Positions 59,582-64,000 of a stretch of 64,000 nt of DNA are shown here, piece after piece. Numbering within the stretch: the stretch's first letter is position 1; each line of letters starts with the position of its first letter. Both the position numbers and the translations under genes were made by a program. The notes under the pieces were generated by a model that ran no database searches, was not told the origin of the DNA, and saw nothing but the letters and a program-made list of their open reading frames with translations. This DNA is from a virus (lineage: Duplodnaviria; Caudoviricetes), in IMG/VR virus record IMGVR_UViG_3300020434_000055, one strand, 5' to 3'.

Positions 59582-62500
59582 ATGGCTGAGTTTAAACTAG
59601 GTAGAATTAGATTTGTTTGGAAAGGTTCTTGGGTAACTTCAACATCATATTACGTCGATGACGTTATAAGATATGGTGGAAGAACCTATAATTGCGTATC
59701 AAATCACATTGCTAACGCAGATTTCCAAGTAGACTTATCTGCTGAAAACTGGCAATTAATGTCCGATGGTCAAGAATGGAAAAGTGACTGGTCATTAAAC
59801 ACAGTTTACAAACCAAATGATGTTGTAAAATATGGTGGTTACATTTATATTTGTAACACAGGACACACATCTGCCGCAACGGTAGAACTTGGCTTAGAAA
59901 ATCATCAATCTTATTGGGATTTATTTGTAGAAGGATTTGATTGGAAATCTGATTGGACAATTTCTACTAGATATAAAGTAAATGATTTAGTAAAATATGG
60001 TGGATCAGTTTATCTTTGTATAGAAGAACACACATCAGATACAACAACAGCAGTTGGCTTAGAAGGAAAACAAAGCAAATGGGAAATTTTTGGAAAAGGT
60101 TTTGTTTGGTTAGGCGACTGGGCAATTAATACTAGATACAGAGTAAATGATACAGTTAGATACGGTGGACAAATTTATATTAACATAACTGGACATACTT
60201 CAGCGGCAACTATCGCAGATGGTTTAGAAGCCAATCAAGCACAATGGCAAGCCTTACACAAAGGAATAGAATATTTAGGTGCTCACGCGGCAACAACAAG
60301 ATATAAAGTTAATGATGTAGTAAAATATGGTGCAAATATTTGGATTGCTACAGCGGCACATACATCAACAACTTCTTTAGCGGCTGACGAAGGTAATTGG
60401 TCAGTTTTAATTCCAGGTTTAGAATTTGAAGATACTTGGGATTCTTCAACACAATATCAACCAGGTGACTTTATTACTTACGGTGGATATAGTTATGTTT
60501 CAAATACAAATAACGTTAATAAAAATCCACCTCTTAATTCAAGTGATTGGACATTATTTGTAACAGGATTTAATTTAAGAGGCGACTATAATGCCGTTAC
60601 TGCATACAAACAAGGTGACGTTGTTAGAGTTGGAGGTTTTACATATCTCGCAATTGCAGACACAACAGGTAATAAACCACCAAGTGTTTTACACTGGGAT
60701 AAACTTAATGAAGGTTTATATTGGAAAGGTAATTGGGCAAATGCAACTGAATTCGACAGAGGTGATATAGTAAGAGGAACTACTAACACTAATACAAGTT
60801 ATATTTGCGTAACAGGACACACATCAAATAATGTTGGACCAAGTACAATTAATCAACCAGACTATCCACCAGGAGCAGGTGTCGATACTAGTGTTTGGTC
60901 ATTATTAGCATCAGGAACAGAAAACGCTGTACTATCAGTAAAAGGTGATCTTTTAATTTATGGTCAATCAGGACCAGCTAGATTGCCAATTGGTAAAGCA
61001 GGACAAACTTTAATTGTAAACTCAGCAGGTGATCTTCCTGAATGGGGATACTTTGGAGCTGTAGATCAAGTTTATTATGTTTCAGAAACAGGAACAGATG
61101 TTCCAGCACCTGATTCAGGACCAACACTTGACAAACCTTGGAAAACTTTAAGATATGCTTTATGGCAAATTGAACAAGGACCAAGAAATCCTCAAGGAAC
61201 TTACATGATGGAAAGAAACAAAGCATTTATTCAAGCAGAAATTATAGCTTGGATTAACGCTCAAATTTCTGGAAACATTTCACCTTTCACATCAGGTTAT
61301 ACATACGACGCGGCAAAATGTACAAGAGACTCTGGATTAATGATTGATGCAGTTCTATGGGATTTAAGACATGGTGGAAATGAAAAATCAAGATATGCAA
61401 CACTTAGAATTTCAACTCAAACAGAATTTGTAAATAATTCTGCTGAATTACAAGCCTATCTTACTAGATTAGTTTATATTACACAACAAGTTACAGCCAA
61501 CAATGCAGGTTATTCTGCAGGACAAGGTACAATAAATCAAGTTGTTGATAACAATTATACTGCGGAGCCGGCTGTTAATGGAGAAATTGCAAGTTATATA
61601 CAAATTGCAATAGATTGTCTTGCGGCAGGTAATACATCTGGAGTACCTATAGAAGAAATAGCACAAACTACATTATTTGTTAAAACAGGAACATACGAAG
61701 AAGTGTTACCTCTTTCAATAAGAAAAGGAACAGCACTAGTAGGAGATGAATTAAGATCAACAGTTATTAAACCAGCGGGACAACAATCTTCAGTAAGCGA
61801 CACAGCATTTACATTACAAGGTATTGGTAGAATGCAGGCAATTTTGTCTGACATAGTTCAGAACGTTGCTGTAACACCAACACCTGTAGGAGGTGTTACA
61901 TTTTTAACAACACCTGCACCAGATTTAGGTTTTGTTAATGGAACTTACACTAACGTTGCAGTAACAGGTGGAACTGGAACAGGATGTACAGTAGATTGTA
62001 CTGTTTTATCATTTGCAATTACGGCTTTGTCTATAAATTCACCAGGACAGAATTATGTAGTTTCTGATGCATTAACAATTCCAGCGGCAACAATTGGAGC
62101 AGATGGAGTTTCAACTGTAACAGGAGTTACAACAGGAAATAATTTAACTCAAAATACAGATCTTCCTGTAGGTTCAGCGGCGGCAGGTACAGCGGCGGCG
62201 GCAATTGGACAAAATATTATAGATCATATAACTTACAAAGTTAATGCAACTGGATCTGATCCAGCATTAACTGGTGTTAATAGTGCAGATTCAACTGCAG
62301 GTTTCACAGATGCAAGATTAAGACTATTAGCAAATAAAGAATTTATTGCATTAGAAGCCGCGGAGTTTGTACAAAGAGCAAATCCAACTCATAGTAATTT
62401 TAAAGAAAAATGTTTGAATGATATTAGAATATATGTTCAAACAATTATGGACGACTTAGAATATACCGGCAATTATAAATCATTGAAAGCCTCAGATGCC

Positions 62501-64000
62501 TACATTAATTCTAGACTTGCAAAAGGTTCTAGTGCAAATGATATGTTCTATGTTAGAAATGCTTCAGGAATAAGAAATGTAACAGTAGAAGGTTTAATAG
62601 GAACATTAGGTACTACTCAATTCTCTACAACAGCGGCAACATACACACCAGCAACAGGTGTAATGGAATTAACTATTGGATCACATAGTATTGCTGTTGG
62701 TGAAAAAGTAATGATTGCTTCAAATAGTTTAATCTTTACTTGCGATCAAGATACTCACGCTACTCAACATAGCTATCCAAGAGCAACTGATCCTTATTAC
62801 AATAAAGAAATTTTAGTTACAGGTGCGACAGCGACTACAATTACAATGAATGTTGGAATATCAAGTAATACAACAGGACATACATTTGTAATGGCTACTG
62901 AAGATAATGTAACATTAGCTACTGCAAATGAATATGGAACAAAAAGACCAACAGGTGGAGCATATGTATCATTAGATCCAGGTTGGGGACCAGCACATGA
63001 AGAAGTATGGATTAAGTCTAAATCACCTTATATCCAAAATGTAACAACTTGGGGAGAAGGTTGTGTTGGAGTAAAAGTAGACGGTGCATTACACGATGGT
63101 GGTTTTGATTCTATCGTTGGAAATGACTTTACACAATTATGCGATAATGGTATTGGTGCTTGGATTACAAATTTAGGTAGAGTAGAACTTGTATCAGTAT
63201 TTTCTTATTATGCACACATAGGTTACCTTTGTGAAAATGGTGGAAAACTTCGTTCTACAAACGGAAATTCATCTTATGGTGATTTTGGTTGTGTTGCAGA
63301 AGGAACAGATGCAAGTGAAACTCCAATAACAGCAACAATAGATAATAGAAGTACAGATGCAGTTATTGACAATGTTATAACAGATGCTAATCAAATATTA
63401 GCATTTGAATATGATAATGCAGGTAGACAATATAGTAATGCAACATTTACTATATCTGGACCTGGTTATGGAATTGCTGGAACAACTCCAACTTATAATA
63501 CTGGTGGTGTTTACAAAATTAGATTAATAGAAACTAATCAAGAAGTAAGTGATCAAGGTGGATCAACTTACATGACTGCACTTAATACTGGACAAACAGG
63601 TGACACTACATCAATTACTATAGCTAACGCAGATAGTAATGCCTCAGGGGCTTATCCTGGAATGGCAATATGGATTGTAGAAGGAAAAGGTGTAGGACAA
63701 TATGCATATATTAATACTTACAATGCAACAAGTAAAGTTGCAACTGTTAAAAAATATTCAAATGCCGCAGACGGTTGGGAAAGACTTGGCGGTTTAGCGG
63801 TAGAGGCAACATTAGACAATACAACAAAATATAGTATTGAACCGAGAGTAGTTATTGCGGCTCCTCAAGATGATGGAAGTACAGCAGTTAGACAAGCAGT
63901 TGCAAGAGCAGTTGTTACAACAGAAAAAATTTCCAAAGTAAAAATTATAGATTGCGGAGCAAGTTATACTTCAGCACCTACTGTAACATTTACTGATCCT
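59582..64000 (+). CDS. Paralog of the 2273-aa fibre protein, truncated by the right edge (at least 1473 aa)
   Basis: MAEFKLGRIRFVWKGSW versus MADFKIDRIRFRWRGDW; same repeat set and beta-helix (NGNSSYGDFGCVAEG); TAAATA at 59551-56; absent from the ORF track, consistent with no stop in the window. Confidence 0.85.
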   Translation, partial: MAEFKLGRIRFVWKGSWVTSTSYYVDDVIRYGGRTYNCVSNHIANADFQVDLSAENWQLMSDGQEWKSDWSLNTVYKPNDVVKYGGYIYICNTGHTSAATVELGLENHQSYWDLFVEGFDWKSDWTISTRYKVNDLVKYGGSVYLCIEEHTSDTTTAVGLEGKQSKWEIFGKGFVWLGDWAINTRYRVNDTVRYGGQIYINITGHTSAATIADGLEANQAQWQALHKGIEYLGAHAATTRYKVNDVVKYGANIWIATAAHTSTTSLAADEGNWSVLIPGLEFEDTWDSSTQYQPGDFITYGGYSYVSNTNNVNKNPPLNSSDWTLFVTGFNLRGDYNAVTAYKQGDVVRVGGFTYLAIADTTGNKPPSVLHWDKLNEGLYWKGNWANATEFDRGDIVRGTTNTNTSYICVTGHTSNNVGPSTINQPDYPPGAGVDTSVWSLLASGTENAVLSVKGDLLIYGQSGPARLPIGKAGQTLIVNSAGDLPEWGYFGAVDQVYYVSETGTDVPAPDSGPTLDKPWKTLRYALWQIEQGPRNPQGTYMMERNKAFIQAEIIAWINAQISGNISPFTSGYTYDAAKCTRDSGLMIDAVLWDLRHGGNEKSRYATLRISTQTEFVNNSAELQAYLTRLVYITQQVTANNAGYSAGQGTINQVVDNNYTAEPAVNGEIASYIQIAIDCLAAGNTSGVPIEEIAQTTLFVKTGTYEEVLPLSIRKGTALVGDELRSTVIKPAGQQSSVSDTAFTLQGIGRMQAILSDIVQNVAVTPTPVGGVTFLTTPAPDLGFVNGTYTNVAVTGGTGTGCTVDCTVLSFAITALSINSPGQNYVVSDALTIPAATIGADGVSTVTGVTTGNNLTQNTDLPVGSAAAGTAAAAIGQNIIDHITYKVNATGSDPALTGVNSADSTAGFTDARLRLLANKEFIALEAAEFVQRANPTHSNFKEKCLNDIRIYVQTIMDDLEYTGNYKSLKASDAYINSRLAKGSSANDMFYVRNASGIRNVTVEGLIGTLGTTQFSTTAATYTPATGVMELTIGSHSIAVGEKVMIASNSLIFTCDQDTHATQHSYPRATDPYYNKEILVTGATATTITMNVGISSNTTGHTFVMATEDNVTLATANEYGTKRPTGGAYVSLDPGWGPAHEEVWIKSKSPYIQNVTTWGEGCVGVKVDGALHDGGFDSIVGNDFTQLCDNGIGAWITNLGRVELVSVFSYYAHIGYLCENGGKLRSTNGNSSYGDFGCVAEGTDASETPITATIDNRSTDAVIDNVITDANQILAFEYDNAGRQYSNATFTISGPGYGIAGTTPTYNTGGVYKIRLIETNQEVSDQGGSTYMTALNTGQTGDTTSITIANADSNASGAYPGMAIWIVEGKGVGQYAYINTYNATSKVATVKKYSNAADGWERLGGLAVEATLDNTTKYSIEPRVVIAAPQDDGSTAVRQAVARAVVTTEKISKVKIIDCGASYTSAPTVTFTDP
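62618..62914 (+). repeat. Single copy of the coding module inserted in a beta-helix region
   Basis: QFSTTAATYTPATGVMELTIGSH...LIFTCDQDTHATQHSYPRATDPYY...HTFVMATEDNVT, flanked by AACATTAG at 62602-09 and 62911-18. Confidence 0.88.

Noticed and set aside
56048-62914. Intein identity for the repeat module
   Set aside because: It has no N-terminal Cys/Ser block A, no His-Asn C-terminus followed by C/S/T, and no block B TxxH spacing.
54827-63304. Diversity-generating retroelement (TR/VR pair) among the fibre paralogs
   Set aside because: The shared tracts are identical rather than showing adenine-specific mismatches, and no reverse transcriptase is in the window.
1-64000. Stop-codon reassignment, as in some large phages
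   Set aside because: Multi-kb genes are open in code 11, and TAG ends genes at sensible boundaries (22257, 26294, 39958, 48913).

Overview
The window is 64 kb of an AT-rich (roughly 30% GC by eye), large T4-like myophage genome that uses standard genetic code 11. It contains six blocks in order. (1) A minus-strand baseplate block: a >3763-aa FG-GAP/beta-propeller virion protein running off the left edge, gp6, a 34-aa microprotein missed by the ORF track, gp25, PAAR, gp5, a hub-like protein, gp53 and a gp48/54-like protein. (2) A sigma70-driven block: gp55, gp47, gp46 and a Holliday junction resolvase, followed by a ~365-nt hairpin-dense candidate ncRNA. (3) hemD, then gp26 and a gp51-like ORF joined by a -1 slippery site. 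(4) A tape-measure-like gene and the head module (portal, core, protease, scaffold, major capsid). (5) A small accessory island (2-TM protein, lipoprotein, hemB). (6) About 25 kb of paralogous tail-fibre/baseplate-appendage genes, the last running off the right edge. The main discoveries are as follows. A ~100-110-aa protein module occurs 10 times in three fibre genes, nested inside itself up to three levels deep, with a filled-versus-empty site pair and 30-45-nt near-identical DNA tracts between genes. There is a large unexplained structured RNA beside the resolvase. There is a lambda G/G-T-like -1 frameshift joining gp26 to the gp51-like ORF. There are two stripped-down tetrapyrrole-pathway enzymes (HemB, HemD). 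All calls come from motif recognition and manual reading; no database searches or folding programs were run. A marine, AT-rich oligotroph host is only a guess.
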